A DNA stretch of 64,000 nt, from assembly GCA_951406725.2 (NCBI GenBank), contig OX597823.1:73594001-73658000 (forward strand). The letters run 5' to 3'. A model generated the notes under the pieces. That model was not told the DNA's origin. It saw only the letters and a list, made by a program, of their open reading frames with translations, and searched no databases. Source of the stretch: Octopus vulgaris (lineage: Eukaryota). Shown piece by piece: positions 44,150-57,106 of the stretch; the stretch's first letter is position 1, and each line of letters begins with the position of its first letter. Made by a program: the position numbers and the translations under genes.

Positions 44150-44843
44150 GGTGCAAAAAACATGAAATACGTAAACAAACGATAACAACAAAAAAGATGA
44201 CAAATATCCGTCAGATGTAAATAATCTAAACAAACGAGTTAAATACGTAAACAACGAGAAAATAAATGGCAAACAGGACAAGTAAACCCAGAGAAAGGAA
44301 CTATCATCAGTTGTCGGCTATCTCCTCCTCATTTCGAGCATTTAGCCTACAATTAGATGAACTCATGTAGGAATAAAACTAATAAAAGTCATTATTGTGA
44401 ATTATTAAAGAGATTCAAAAGCACACCGGTTTCGTAAAATTACTGTTCACTGGTTTTAAATGCGCACCAATTACCGAACGGTATCGGGTCTACCAGTCCC
44501 TGAGTAAAAAGATTTTGTGTAAGGGAGGTAAATAGTTCTGGATTTGGTGCAATTAGGGTAGATATAATACTGTAATGTGAATGGTGTATGAGATGAATGG
44601 GGGTTAGTGGTATAATTGAAGGATTAGTCGTGTTCTGCATTATATTATGTGTTCATATTGAGTTGTTGAAGATATTTATTGATGAAAGCTGCCACTTTAT
44701 TCATTCTTTGCTGTACGGAGGTGTTCTGTGAACATTGATAGAAGGGGAAAATTAGGAAATTAGGATTAAGGTTCCTAGCACACCCTTCTATGTGTTCAAT
44801 GACCTGTATCTGTCTGTATTGTGGGTGGCGAATTTGTTCTTTG
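44150..44843 (-). mobile_element. Second Penelope-like 3' fragment (endonuclease C-terminus + UTR)
   Basis: LHKEQIRHPQYRQIQVIEHIEGCA..FLIFPFYQC..FINKY..LN resembles the end of a PLE GIY-YIG domain. Confidence 0.5.
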
Positions 44844-44844
44844 T

Positions 44845-46926
44845 GGAGGTTGGCAGCGTTAATCGAAAAGTTAACTTCGTTAATCAAAAAGTTAACTTCG
44901 TTAATCGTTAATCCGTTAATTCTTTGAAAATATAATGGAAGTTAACGTTAATCCGTTAACATAAACTTTTATTGAAAAAAGGCATAACTATTGTTTAATA
45001 CCACCACCGACTTTGTTGCCTCATTACTTCCAGAAAAATGGATACTTTTAAACGAAGCTTTCACCAAATAATCGCTTATCTCTTGTAAATTGAGAGTATG
45101 TAAAGGTTTGTTGGAAAAAGTTTCCGAGGGGGTGGGGAGAGGAGTTTACGAAAATTCACAAGACCCGTCATTTTCTCCCTCATAACTTTCTGGAAAATAG
45201 GTATTTTTTAATGAAATTTTATACAAACGGTGTAGATTACGATTAAAAAAAAAGTTGTTGGCATAATTTTTGGAAGGGGGTGAGGGAGGAGTTTCTGGAA
45301 AACGGAGTTTCGGCTCAGACGGCTCACATAAGTTGGAATTTCTCAGTTGTGACGGGGAATTTTTCCAAATGCTTTCACTAAAGTCTTCAGAATGATGGGA
45401 GGCATCTTTTTACGAAAAAAAAAAGGAAAAAAATTGAAATTTTTTTTACTCTTGCCACCCGTGTGAGATACATTTTCGGTTTAAAAAAAAAATTGTAAAT
45501 AATTTCAGAGGAAATTGTGTGATTTAAGAGATATCTGGCTGTTGTTTCTAGCACATCCCCAAACCTCCCACCTCGTTTCTTTCTCACTCACACATTTATT
45601 GATATTTTTCAATGTTTTTCTCCCCATAAACAAATTTTATGGAATGTAGTCCCAACCGTGTGTAATAAGAATATAAAACATCTTTAGTATTCATATTAAT
45701 CTCTCAAATGTAATGCTTATTTCTTCATGTTATTTTGAATTATTCAGGTTCAAGAGGGGGTTCCAGGCTATTTTGCATGCTTTCAACGAATGTCACATTG
45801 AAATCATGCGTAAACAGCTCCATTTTCCAGAAAGAAAAAAAAAGAAAGATTTGGCTGCTATTTCTAGCATACCCTGCTACCACCTAACAGCTATTTGCAT
45901 TCTCACCAAGATATTTACCAACTTTTTCCTTTCCATTTATTTTTTTCCACTTTATGGAAGTCAATATTTTCTCTGCTGACATCCACCTCAGCGAGGTCAT
46001 GGATCAAATGGAAACACATCAATCACTGTTCCCTCTTGACAGGACAAAGAACTTTCCGCTGTCTTTGCAAGCAACAAGTGGGTGAATTTGGTTTCAGATC
46101 CAGGCAGGGCCAAACGAGGTCCTACAAGTTATTTATAATATCGGGTTGTCCGGAAAATTCGTGCCGATTTATAGTAGCTTACCTTTCGACTTATTTTAGA
46201 ACATGGTTGAGTCTATAAAATAGGATTTGACTACACCTCCATTTAGAGCACAGTTTAAGCTATCTTTTCGTGGAAGAAGGTTTATGTTCCTATATATAAC
46301 CTGTGTTAATTCTGTAACCCTTTAAAATGGAAGATAAGAAAGTTCATTTTTGGTACTTGATGCTTTGGGAACCAGACAAAAATTGCTGCAGCTCGGCTGG
46401 GATGTATTATCCCACCCTCCGTATTCACCAGCTATTGTTCCTTCGGATTTCCACTTATTCAGGTCTCTGCAGAATAGTCTTAATGGTAAAAATTTCAATT
46501 CCTTGGATGACGTAAAAAGATACCTTGATGAATTCTTTGCCATGAAACCAGCTCAATTCTGGGAAGAGGGTATTTTCAAGTTAAAGGAAAAATGGAGACG
46601 CATTGTGCAACAAAATGGTTGATATTTGGTTGATTAAAAATATAGTGGCAAGTATTTATTGACCGTTTTCTTTCCTTTAAAAATCGGCACGAACTTTCCG
46701 GACAACCCAATAATATGTCGTGTTATATCGGGGATGAAAGAATGACGCGTACAATATTAAATATGCTAAGACAATTATGCTAAGACAATCTGAAAACAAC
46801 AGAAACTTTTAAACGTTTACCGGTTTTTATGAAATTTAGGGGCTAACGGACTTGAGTTAACGGAAGTTAAATGTAACGGAAGTCCGATTATGATTTTCAA
46901 ACTTAACGGACTTACGCCCAGCTCTG
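44845..46926. mobile_element. Probable non-autonomous hAT-like element with nested insertions
   Basis: Left end gaggttggca plus repeated cgttaa motifs; right end repeated ttaacgga motifs plus gcccagctctg. Confidence 0.45.
46141..46710 (+). mobile_element. Internally deleted mariner, copy 2
   Basis: Same TIRs and TA TSD; LGWDVLSHPPYSPAIVPSDFHLFRSLQNSL..W..IVQQNG. Confidence 0.9.
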
Positions 46927-47469
46927 TGGGCGTGTGTGTGTGGGGGGATCAAATGACGTGGTGGTAGCAGATGAAATAGGCATGCGGACGACATCAAAGT
47001 AAAAAAACAATGGGAAAGCATAGGATTGTGGTTTAAATTATTTATTTGATCCATACTGGCATTTACTTGTTGAGTACACCAAAAAATTCACTACGTGACA
47101 TTACCACCTGGCTTCGAGTTGGTAAAGAAGAAAATAAACAGGGGAAATAGTGTGTCGGTGTGATGAGGTAGACACAGGCATGTTTTGTGTCTGTGTGTGC
47201 GTTGGTCATTCAGTAGTGTCTGTTTATGTTCTGCGACTGTTACTGTCTTGGGTCATTCATGCTGAATATGTGATTCTATGTTGGCTGCTTGACTGGTGCA
47301 AGTTACTCGTTGGCTGTCTCGCCTGGTGATGGCTCTCGGCAATCCCTTGACTGATTGCTGTATTCATAATGGTCGTGACAGCTTGAAGAACAGACACACT
47401 ACAGAAGTAATTCCTTCTTATGTAGGTCGCCTCCTGTCCACTTGAACCTTAAATGAAACGGCTCGGGTC

Positions 47470-48100
47470 GAAGGGTTCAGTTCTACTGCGTAGCCTCGAG
47501 CCGACCAAAGCCTAGTGAGTGGATTTGGTTGACGGAAACTGAAAGAAGCCCGTCGTATTTATACATGTGTATGTGTATCTGTATTTGACGACTGATGTTG
47601 GTATGTTTAGGTCACCGTAACCTAGCGGTTCGGCAAAAGAGACCGAGAGAATAAGTATTAGGCTTACAAACGATTTGTTCGACTAAAAGGCGGTGTTTTA
47701 CCGGCTGTGTGGTAAGTAGCTTGCTTACCAACCACATGGTTCTGGGTTCATTCCCACTGCGTGGCACCTTGGGTAAGTGTCTTCTACTATAGCCTCGGGC
47801 CGACCAAATCCTTGAGTGGATTTAGTAGACGGAAACTGAAAGAAGCCTGTCTTATATGTGTATATATATATATGTATGTGTGTATATGTTTGTGTGTCTG
47901 TGTTTGTCCCCCCACCATTGCTTGACAACCGACGGTGGTGTGTTTACGTCCCCGTTACTTAGCGGTTCAGCAAAAGAGACTGATAGAATAAGTACTAGGC
48001 TTACAAAGAATATGTCCTGGGGTCGATTTACTCGACTAAAAGGCGGTGCTCCAGCATGGCCGCAGTCAAATGACTGAAACAAGTAAGAGAGGGTAAAAGA
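47470..48100 (+). mobile_element. Two adjacent SINE family A copies (degenerate 47470-47695; near full length 47703-48100)
   Basis: gacggaaactgaaagaagcc occurs twice; colinear with the reference copy. Confidence 0.8.
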
Positions 48101-48104
48101 TATA

Positions 48105-48784
48105 TGTAGCGAATCCTGCAAGCATGAAGTGGATTCGATCCACCAGAGCCAAATTTAAATCAACACTTCTACAGAACTTTTCCCACGATGGAACAATGGT
48201 TTCTCTCTGACAGCAGTTTTACATTTTCCAGAAGCCTTTAGCTAGGCCGAAATAATGTCTTCACCACTTGACCCTTTCTAACCTCTTCTACTTCACCAAA
48301 AGCTAGAATAGATAACAAGACCACCAACTAAATCTATTGTTCTCAACGATATATCTATCCTTCTGGATCTTAATATAAGCAAGCACGTCCCAAGCAAAAA
48401 TCAGTTAGTCACCAATCGGTGACATCTCAATGAGGTCTGGCAGACCAACCTTGGTCGGAGGGAGAAGGCAACTGTGGGACAACACCCTATAATTCTCTCT
48501 AAGCTCTAATTCTGTTCTCTCACAACATCATTCTATCTCTTTCAGCAATTACTACTAACAACGAAGGGAACCCAAACCAAATATTCTACTTGCATCTAAC
48601 TTTCGCATGCTTTTGGGATTTATCAACCTGCCCGTCGAGGCAAGGTATTTGTAACGTAACGGTAAATAAAAACTTTCTTAAAACTTTATACATCGTGCAT
48701 CTTTCTCATCTTACAACATGCAGTTATAACAACAAACTCGTATCGTTACAACTGGTAACTACCAAATCAATCACGACCGTTACA
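48105..48784 (+). mobile_element. Solo LTR, copy 2
   Basis: TGTA..TACA termini; colinear with 32271-32957. Confidence 0.7.
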
Positions 48785-48825
48785 TTTATATATATATATA
48801 TATATACATACATACACACAAACAT

Positions 48826-48881
<56 letters not shown>

Positions 48882-48883
<2 letters not shown>

Positions 48884-49007
48884 GGCAGGCTTCTTTCAGT
48901 TTCCGTCTACAAGGCACTGGTCGGCCCGGGGCTATAGCAGAAGACACTTGCCCAAGATGCCACGCAGTGGGACTGAACCCGGAACCATGTGGTTGGTTAG
49001 CAAGCTA
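48882..49007 (-). mobile_element. SINE family A, 5' part
   Basis: cttctttcagtttccgtctac..gggactgaacccggaaccatgtgg. Confidence 0.75.
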
Positions 49008-49016
49008 CATATATAT

Positions 49017-49138
49017 ATAATTGCCAACCAAGTGTGGTGTTCTATACGGGACAATGCTACTGTCCCGTATAGGACGCCACACTTATACGGGACAGTAGCA
49101 TTGTCCCGTATAGAACACAACACTTGGTTGTCGATTAT
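49017..49138. repeat. Nested palindrome (inverted repeat whose arms each contain a hairpin)
   Basis: caaccaagtgt..tatacgggaca-atgctac-tgtcccgtata..tatacgggaca-gtagcat-tgtcccgtata..acacttggttg. Confidence 0.9.
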
Positions 49139-49192
49139 ACGCTACGATTTCGTATTGCTACTGTTTACATTTCGCTCAGAGATTTAATATAG

Positions 49193-49270
<78 letters not shown>

Positions 49271-52200
49271 AGTGTTGTGTATGTATACATCTGCATCGTG
49301 AGTATACCGGCTCACAAGCTTAAAGTAAAAGGAACTGATTAAGTTTACTAAATACGTTCCATGTTTTACACATGCACTAAATTTGGTTGGAAAATGCACT
49401 GATGAAATTTTTTAAGAAGCATTAATGTTCACTGAATTTGTACACACATTTTGTGCCTATATTAAGTACTCATTTTCCTATTGTGAAAAGAATGCCATCT
49501 ACCACGAGATCAGCTCGTATAGATGCAACAGAAGCACTTTTATACTACTTTTTCTGCAATTAAACAAATCTTGGATGATCAGCAGAGAGCGTGTCGACAA
49601 ACAGGTTCGTAGACTACTTTCGATCATGATTAAATTAGGAAATGGAATAATAGTCTATTGTGAGATTAAGTATCAGTGTTTTTAAGTGGCCAGTCTTGAT
49701 TTGCAGTCGCCTGGCTAAGGCTTGAAAAATAACTGTACACTAAAAATTCTTGCATGGCTATATTCAAGCTTTGCCTGTTGCGTAGCTTGGGTTTTAACTG
49801 CCCTGTGCGGGACCAGATAGGCCTCCTATCGCTACAGCAAACACGTTTAAGTAACCGTCCTGTGCAAACCACACTGGGTTATGCAGTCTACGTTTCCAGC
49901 GTTTAGCCACCGGTCAGCTCTGATCAATCGGGATCATTGTCTTTTTGTTTGGTTCAAGTTGATATTACACAATTTTTCTTTTAAAAAAAAAATTGTAAGA
50001 TGTGATTTTGAGGGAGGAGATTTGACTGCTATTTCTAGCGATGTGTACTTACGAGAAGTGCTATTGTTGATCAGCAGTAACTGTAAGGAAGTTAGTAACA
50101 CACTGCCATATCAGTAACAGTGTTGGTAACGGTGGAGAGAAGTCAGTATGCGAACTGATTTAATAGTGCGGGGTCGTAGATTGTGTAGCTGCTGCTGATG
50201 ATTTTCACTCCGACTTAGACTAAAGACCTTTAAAACTTTTAGTCTTTTTAAGACTGGCGACAGTATTACTAGTACAGTAACGATAATTTTGCACAATCAA
50301 GTTATACGTGTACTTCACATTGTGACGGCTATACAAATAACATTAATAGATAAATATATATTTATATATATATATATTTATTGTAAATCCTTGGACACTC
50401 CCTCGCTTCAATTTAGTAAGTATACAAATTATTTGATTTATCAGCATAAAAACTTGCATCGCCACTAACCGTAAAATCATTCCCGCAAATGATTTGTAAA
50501 TGTTATACGCACAAGTTTTGCATACACGTATACAAGCACATGATTTTATGCCGGTTTCAAGACAGCAAAACCACGTCATTTAAATTGTTGCTCTGAAAAT
50601 ATTCCCCTTACACATACTGTGTATATATATATATATATATATATTTACCATCAGTAAATCTGATGGTAAATATTTAAGTAGAGCGGAATACCCAGTTAAT
50701 GCTTCCACGTTCATCGTTAAGCCGAATCTAAAGGCCACTGACTGGCAACATTTTACATAAAGACACATTCTTCTAATGTAAAAATTCTAACATTTTTTGG
50801 TATTTAGCTATAATTTATGATAAGCTTGTTTCCAATAATTGGGGTAATTATAAATTAATATTTGTCTCTTTAGTGGCTAAATTTACAGATTTGCCACTTA
50901 TTAATATATAATTGAGAAACGGCGGAGTTTCGGAACAAGGATCCTGTCTAGAAAATGTTCTCTTTTTAGGTATTTCCGAAAATGTCTTCAGTTCCTCTTT
51001 TAAACATTGACGTTTAAGATTCCGATTCCTTTAATTTTACATTCTATTGCTCCATTCCTCTGTTTTGCAACCGGCTATATGGTTTCCATATTTTTCGAAT
51101 AATCGTTTAAGCTTAGAAAATTACCATTTTCCAAAAAATAATTCAATTTTTTAACCCTCCGGCGAATTACAAGATTCAATCTCTCCCGGTGTTTAACGAA
51201 GTGTGTGTGTATAAAAAAAATCAATAAATTTTAATACATTAGTTACGGTATTTTCTTCCGAAGTCCAGCCCGAACAAACACCTGTGAATTATAAACCGCT
51301 GTTAATATATATTTAAGAACTTAAGGCAAAGCCTCAACCCAGTTTTTGCCCGATGCCGGGAATATACGTTTCAATTTCCAATAGACAAACATATATTCAT
51401 ATACATGTAATTTGACAACTTTTTGTATATCCATAATAGTTAACTCGCGCCTGCGTAAACGCACACACCTTCACACCACACGTGTATTTAGAGAGATGGA
51501 AGTTATTACTGACGTTTGTACGAGTACCAATCTTAGCTGACGTGGTACTATTTCTGTTTGATTGTAATTGGTTTGGTTCTTTTGTTTTGTTTTTTTTTTA
51601 ATTCTTTCATTTAGTTAAAATCATAACTAATTGTAACTTAGTCGCAAGTTCAGAAATTTAGGACTGTTCGCAGTTGATTAATGAAACCATATTACTGGTA
51701 CTTTCTCAATCGACCCCGAGAGAATGTAAGAATTCATTCCATAAGATTTGAACTAATAGCTGAAAGGGATGTAACCAAATACCGCAGTTCATAATATACC
51801 TTTTTACCCCCTCCTTTTTAAGGGGTTGAGGGATAATTTATAAGTAGGGTTTTTTTTTTTTTTGGGGGGGAAAGATTTCCGCCCATTCCCTTTCAAAAAT
51901 CCCCGTTTTCGGATACGGAGGTTCAGGGAAATTGCCAAAAATCGGCATTGTGAAAATTTTCCGCCCCCAAACTTCTTCAATTTTGACTTTTTTCCGCAAC
52001 ACTAACCCTAAAACTATAACCACAGAAATGTTTTAAAATTTTTGTCCGAATCCTGATGTCCGTATTTTCCCGCGTATTTAGAAAAGAAAAAATTCTTTAA
52101 AAAAAGATTTTTGGAAATTTTTTTTCAGAATCTAAGGCGGTGCTCCAGCATGGCCACAGTCAAATGATTGAAACAAGTAAAGAAAAAAAAAATCATAATC

Positions 52201-52730
52201 TCCGTATTTTTCCGCATGTTTTGAGGGAAAAAAATTCTGGAAAAAGTTTAAAAAATGAAGGGAATGGGGGTGGGGTGAGTGGTAATTTAGAAATGTCGAT
52301 TTTTGCTAATTTTTCTCCAGATTCGTATTCCCCGTAGCCAAAAAGTGGGGTTTGTGTCAAAAAAAAAAAGTTTCAAAAAAGGGTGGTTAGGGGGAGGAGG
52401 GACGGGCGGAAGTCTTGCCTTTTTTTTTTTTGTTTCTGTTTTATATTTTTTGCAAGCGTAAAGAATACGTACAGGGTTAGGGTTTTTGTCAGGCCGAAAA
52501 CCAGTGCTGTACATATTCTTTACCTCGGTCTTTTTTTTTTTTTTTTCAATTCTTTATATTTACCATATGCACATCTCTTGAAATATTCTGGGAGGGGGTT
52601 AGTCTATAACGTCAACCCCCGTGCTCAACTGGTACCTATTTTATCAACCCCCCCAAAGGATGAAAGACAAAATCGACCTTAGCAGAATTTGAATTCATAA
52701 AATAATGAGTTCATTTTAAGGAACATATTA

Positions 52731-53088
52731 TCTCTATCTCTATATATATAAATGGCAAAATGTCTGTCCTTTATACAAATCCACAATTTTTCAGTTAGAG
52801 GGCTTGCACTTTCTATGGTCATTCAAAACTGTCCAAGGGGGGTCGTGCACATCTTTACATTTCCCCCAGTCACCCCGCAAAACCATTAAAAAATCAATAG
52901 AAGTGACTTTTTTGTGAATTTGCTAAAACCCAATCAAAATGCCCAAAACTTGATACACCAATTGAATGCCAGCTAGTGTATGTGATTGGTCAGAGGTTTG
53001 GACAGTACTCACGTGTATGTGTGCACGCATGCAGCTGTATATGCATGCACTACACTATGACCCCGGCGTTACCGGGTCATAGTGCTAG
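52731..53088 (+). mobile_element. Non-autonomous Helitron, third family
   Basis: 5' tctctatc..tatataaa; 3' hairpin cactatgaccc..gggtcatagtg followed by CTAG|T. Confidence 0.7.
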
Positions 53089-53951
53089 TTTTAACTACAA
53101 TGTGAAAAGTGAACAAAATGGTCACAGAATAAGTTTTACTTCTATGGGGGGAAAACAATGGAATTGTAGGAAATGCTAATTGAAACAGATTTGCAAGCCC
53201 ACAAAATATTCGTTGGGAGTCAACGACAGTTATCTCTCCTGATCGAACATTCTAGAATATTCCAGAAAATTCTAGGTGAACATGATTAACTCCCCCATTG
53301 CTAATGTACTACGCATAACTTCAAAATAACACTAGTAACACATCACCTATTTAAGCGGCATTCCTGCTTAAATCAGCCTCTCTCTGTTTCAAGACACAAG
53401 GTCCACCGTGACCTAGAAAGAACCAGGCACATGAATTCGATATCTGATTTCCTACCAATAGCTCATCATGGTATTCTATGCCTGGTGCTTGTGGAAAGTA
53501 AATCTCATAGCTTGATATTTTTTTCTATTTACTAAGTCATCATGGAACATGGCAAGTTGTTCAAAATCTTTCCTCACCCCAGAAATCTTTATTGAACATT
53601 GTATACTCTCTGTACACGTTCATTTATCAAATGTCAATAAAACCTTGAACATGAAGCTATTCACACAGGATAAGTGTTATTGTCTTTTATTACGCAGAGA
53701 TATTTCGTGGTTATTGGATTAATGATTCAGTCCATTTATTAAAGCGTTGACATTTTTATTAGTGATTTCCCTTGCTAAACGATTGATCTAACTAGTTTCT
53801 AGTCTTAATGCCAGAATAGTTAATGGAGTCTGGTTCGTCCCCCAGCCTTACTGGCTCAGGTCAAACTGCCCAACGAATGCCAGCATGGAAAATGGATGTT
53901 AAATGATGGAGATGCGTGTTTTCTATGTGCCTTCACAGTGATACTCTTTAA

Positions 53952-54402
53952 CCCTTTCATTAGCAACCCAGCTGAAACTGGCTCTGACTCTGAGTACGAA
54001 TGTCTTGTTTTCATAAGTTTTGAATTAAAAGCTTCCACCAAACCTTAGTCACAATTTATGTTCCTAACACTTTATGAAAACTAAGTTATTTTACTAAATC
54101 CTTTGTTATATCTTTATATATAAAGCTGAAGTTGTCTTTGTGTGGCAGGTTTGGTAGCCTTCAACTAACACTATCTCCTCCAAGACCCTGCTGTGCAAGT
54201 TGACCAAAATTGAGAGTATGATAGAAGAAAAAATTCTTCTGTAGAAGAAAAAATTCAAATCAGACCATGTTAAGACCAAAAATTATTTACATCAAAAAGG
54301 TGCTTCTCTTCTATGAAAATCCCTATTTTTTACGATTTTTTGACTGCTGTGTTGCCATTTTTTGGTGTATTTCAACCAGAAATAAATACAGTAATGAAAG
54401 GG
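53952..54402. mobile_element. piggyBac-type MITE interrupted by a Helitron fragment
   Basis: TTAA-ccctttcatta ... taatgaaaggg-TTAA. Confidence 0.7.
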
Positions 54403-54450
54403 TTAAAGAAAATTATGATAACGTTTGTGTTTCTTACAAATAATACATCA

Positions 54451-54590
54451 CAGGCATGGCTGTGTTGTTAAAAAGCTTGCTTCTTAGCTACATGGTTTCA
54501 GGTTCAGTCCCACTGCATGGCACCTTGGGCAAGTGTCTTCTGTTATAGCCTTGGGCTGACCAAAGTCTTGTGATTGAATTTGGTAGGTAG
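54451..54590 (+). mobile_element. SINE family A, 5' part, CpG-decayed
   Basis: ggcatggctgtg..ggttcagtcccactgcatggcaccttgggcaagtgtcttc. Confidence 0.75.
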
Positions 54591-55176
54591 AAGTTATTGT
54601 CATGTGTGTGTAAGTGTTTGTGCCGAGTAACAAAGAGGGAAATTGCTTGTTAGTTTTGATGTCTTTAGACAAAAGAAAAAAATCTTATTTGAAAAATGAG
54701 AGTTGACATTCGACCATAGAACACCACTCAAAGAAACCTCATCCAGCCCATACAAGCATGGAAGAAGCAGCCATAAAGACAATGGCTGCAAAATAGAGAA
54801 TTTATAGACCAACTCTTGAACACACTTCTGCATGCAGCAGTGTATTCAAGAGTGACAGTATTCTGCATAGATTTCTTGTAAGAGCAAAACCTACCCAAAA
54901 CTGATCCAAACTAAAGAACTATATCTGTAATTTTCCATAACATTTGTAAAAGCTGACAAGGGTAATGAAAAAGTCTTTAATGAAAGGGGAAATAGCAAAG
55001 TCAGGAATGAGTGAATATATCGGATGCCACAGGAAATTGTTCAATGAAACTGCTATTATAAAGAATGATGGCGGAAACACAAAGTAATGAAGTAATTCAT
55101 GGAACCACTTAATGATAATAGTAAGCATAGCATTGACTTCAGCTCAGTATGAAATCAAATGCAAATATCCTAAACA

Positions 55177-55229
<53 letters not shown>

Positions 55230-55233
55230 TATA

Positions 55234-55465
55234 CAGGGCGGCCCAAAAGTTGGTTTGCAATTATTCAATTATCTCTTTTGCATTTATATATTAACAGTTT
55301 GGATCTTAATTATAAAATATGTAACTATTACACTATGATAATTTAGTTAATTTTGTCAAGCTCCCTTTTCAGTTTGTAAGATAGAAATTTAAATGTAATA
55401 AAATGTTTTAAAAGAAATTTAAAGTACCTATGTGATAACTGTAAGCCTACATTTGGACCACCCTA
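55234..55465. mobile_element. Tc1/mariner-type MITE
   Basis: ta-cagggcggcccaaaagttgg ... cctacatttggaccaccct imperfect TIRs in (TA)n. Confidence 0.45.
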
Positions 55466-55490
55466 CATATATATATAGATATATATATAT

Positions 55491-55770
55491 TGGTAAAACG
55501 GTAAGATAACAAAAGAAAGAAAGAGACCTCAATATTATGTAAATAGAGGAAATTTATCTATACAATATGTTACATTACTCGATAGTCAAGATAAAACTCT
55601 GAGTTTCAGATGCCGAAGTGGAAATCCACAACACCATCTCTTCGGTTATCTGGCTATCGAGTAATGTAACATATTATTGTGTGTATATATATATATATAT
55701 ATATATTTTTCAGATGTTTCAGATGCCGAGGTGGAAATCCACACCACCATCTCTTCAGTTATCCGGCCAT
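55491..55770. mobile_element. Penelope-like pseudo-LTR remnant with local inversion
   Basis: Inverted repeat aatatgttacattactcgatag (55564-55585) / ctatcgagtaatgtaacatatt (~55654-55675) brackets the hammerhead motif; ggtaagataacaaaagaaagaaagagacctc is shared with 21676-21707. Confidence 0.6.
55590..55650 (-). ncRNA. Type I hammerhead ribozyme motif in a Penelope-like pLTR remnant
   Basis: Minus strand: gataa-CcGAAGA-gatg..gtggatttccac..catc-t-GAAAC-tcaga-GTT-ttatc. Stem I gataa/ttatc, palindromic stem III; a partial duplicate at 55716-55763 retains CTGAAGA. Confidence 0.65.
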
Positions 55771-56219
55771 CTGAAAATCCTTTTCATAGAATAATCTATG
55801 TAATAGGCGTCCATTTATATATAGTTTACAGTTCCAGCATAGGTGGAAACAACAAAAAAATGTACTCCATCCAGTGAGAGATAAATATCATTTAATATAT
55901 ATGATTACAAAAGAACTACTAATAGTTTCATGCTTTAAGATACATTAAATTGGCAGATTTATATAATATGCCATAGATGATGAAGATGATGTATCTCCAA
56001 GTATTCTTGGTCTTCTTTCCTTTCTTCTTGTTCCATTCAACCCTCTGCATGTTTTTTTTTCTTCTTTTTTTGTTTTTCTGTTTGTTTTTTTACTTCTCAT
56101 TTCTTGTCATGTTTTGTCATACTTTAGTGTCCTGGTTTTTAGAAACATTTTACGTATGAGCTGAGTCTGAAAGATTGCTGGGAGATGCTATTAGTAGCTC
56201 TTTTGTAATTGTGTATATT

Positions 56220-56268
<49 letters not shown>

Positions 56269-56549
56269 TGCCAGATCAGAGTGGAGTCTGGTGCAGCCAT
56301 CTGGTTCACCAGACCTCAGTCAAATCATCCAACCCATGCTAGAATGGAAAGCAGATGTTAAGCGATGATAATGATGATGAGTTTAAATCATAATAAATGC
56401 ACAAACAAGTGGGAAACAGACACAGATGGTCGCCAACTCCTCATTAGTTACCAGTCAGTGAGTCAATCGCAATTTCTCATCTAACCAATAATATTGTATC
56501 CCCTACTGGTGGTACTGATGGAAAACACTATCAAGAATTGGCACTGATA

Positions 56550-56589
<40 letters not shown>

Positions 56590-57060
56590 ATACCTTTGTG
56601 CATCTATTGTTTAAAATAAGCACACTCTAGGGAGATTTTTACCTACTGGATTAGTGTGTTAACAATACCTAGTGGATTAGTGTTAATAAAACCTCATCGA
56701 TTTGGTATTAATAATTACCAGTGATTTAGAAGGTTATGAATTCAAGTCTGCTTTGAGACTGTATATAGATATTCAGGAATGATACATAACAATATTGAAA
56801 ACACAAATGAGGATGTTGTTAATTAGACATGACCCTGTGATTAAACAGCTTGCTTTCCAACAATGTGACTTCAGGTTCAGTCCCAATGCACAGCACTCTG
56901 GACAAAGGGGCATTGGCCCAGGGATATGGTTGAATATCTTTAATATATTAATATATCTCTGGGTCAACTAATAATGCCTGTTAAAGAAACTTGTCATGTA
57001 TGTATGTGTGTATAAAAAAATTGATATTTGATTTAGATGTATTTCTCCATTTTCTTATCT

Positions 57061-57100
<40 letters not shown>

Positions 57101-57106
<6 letters not shown>

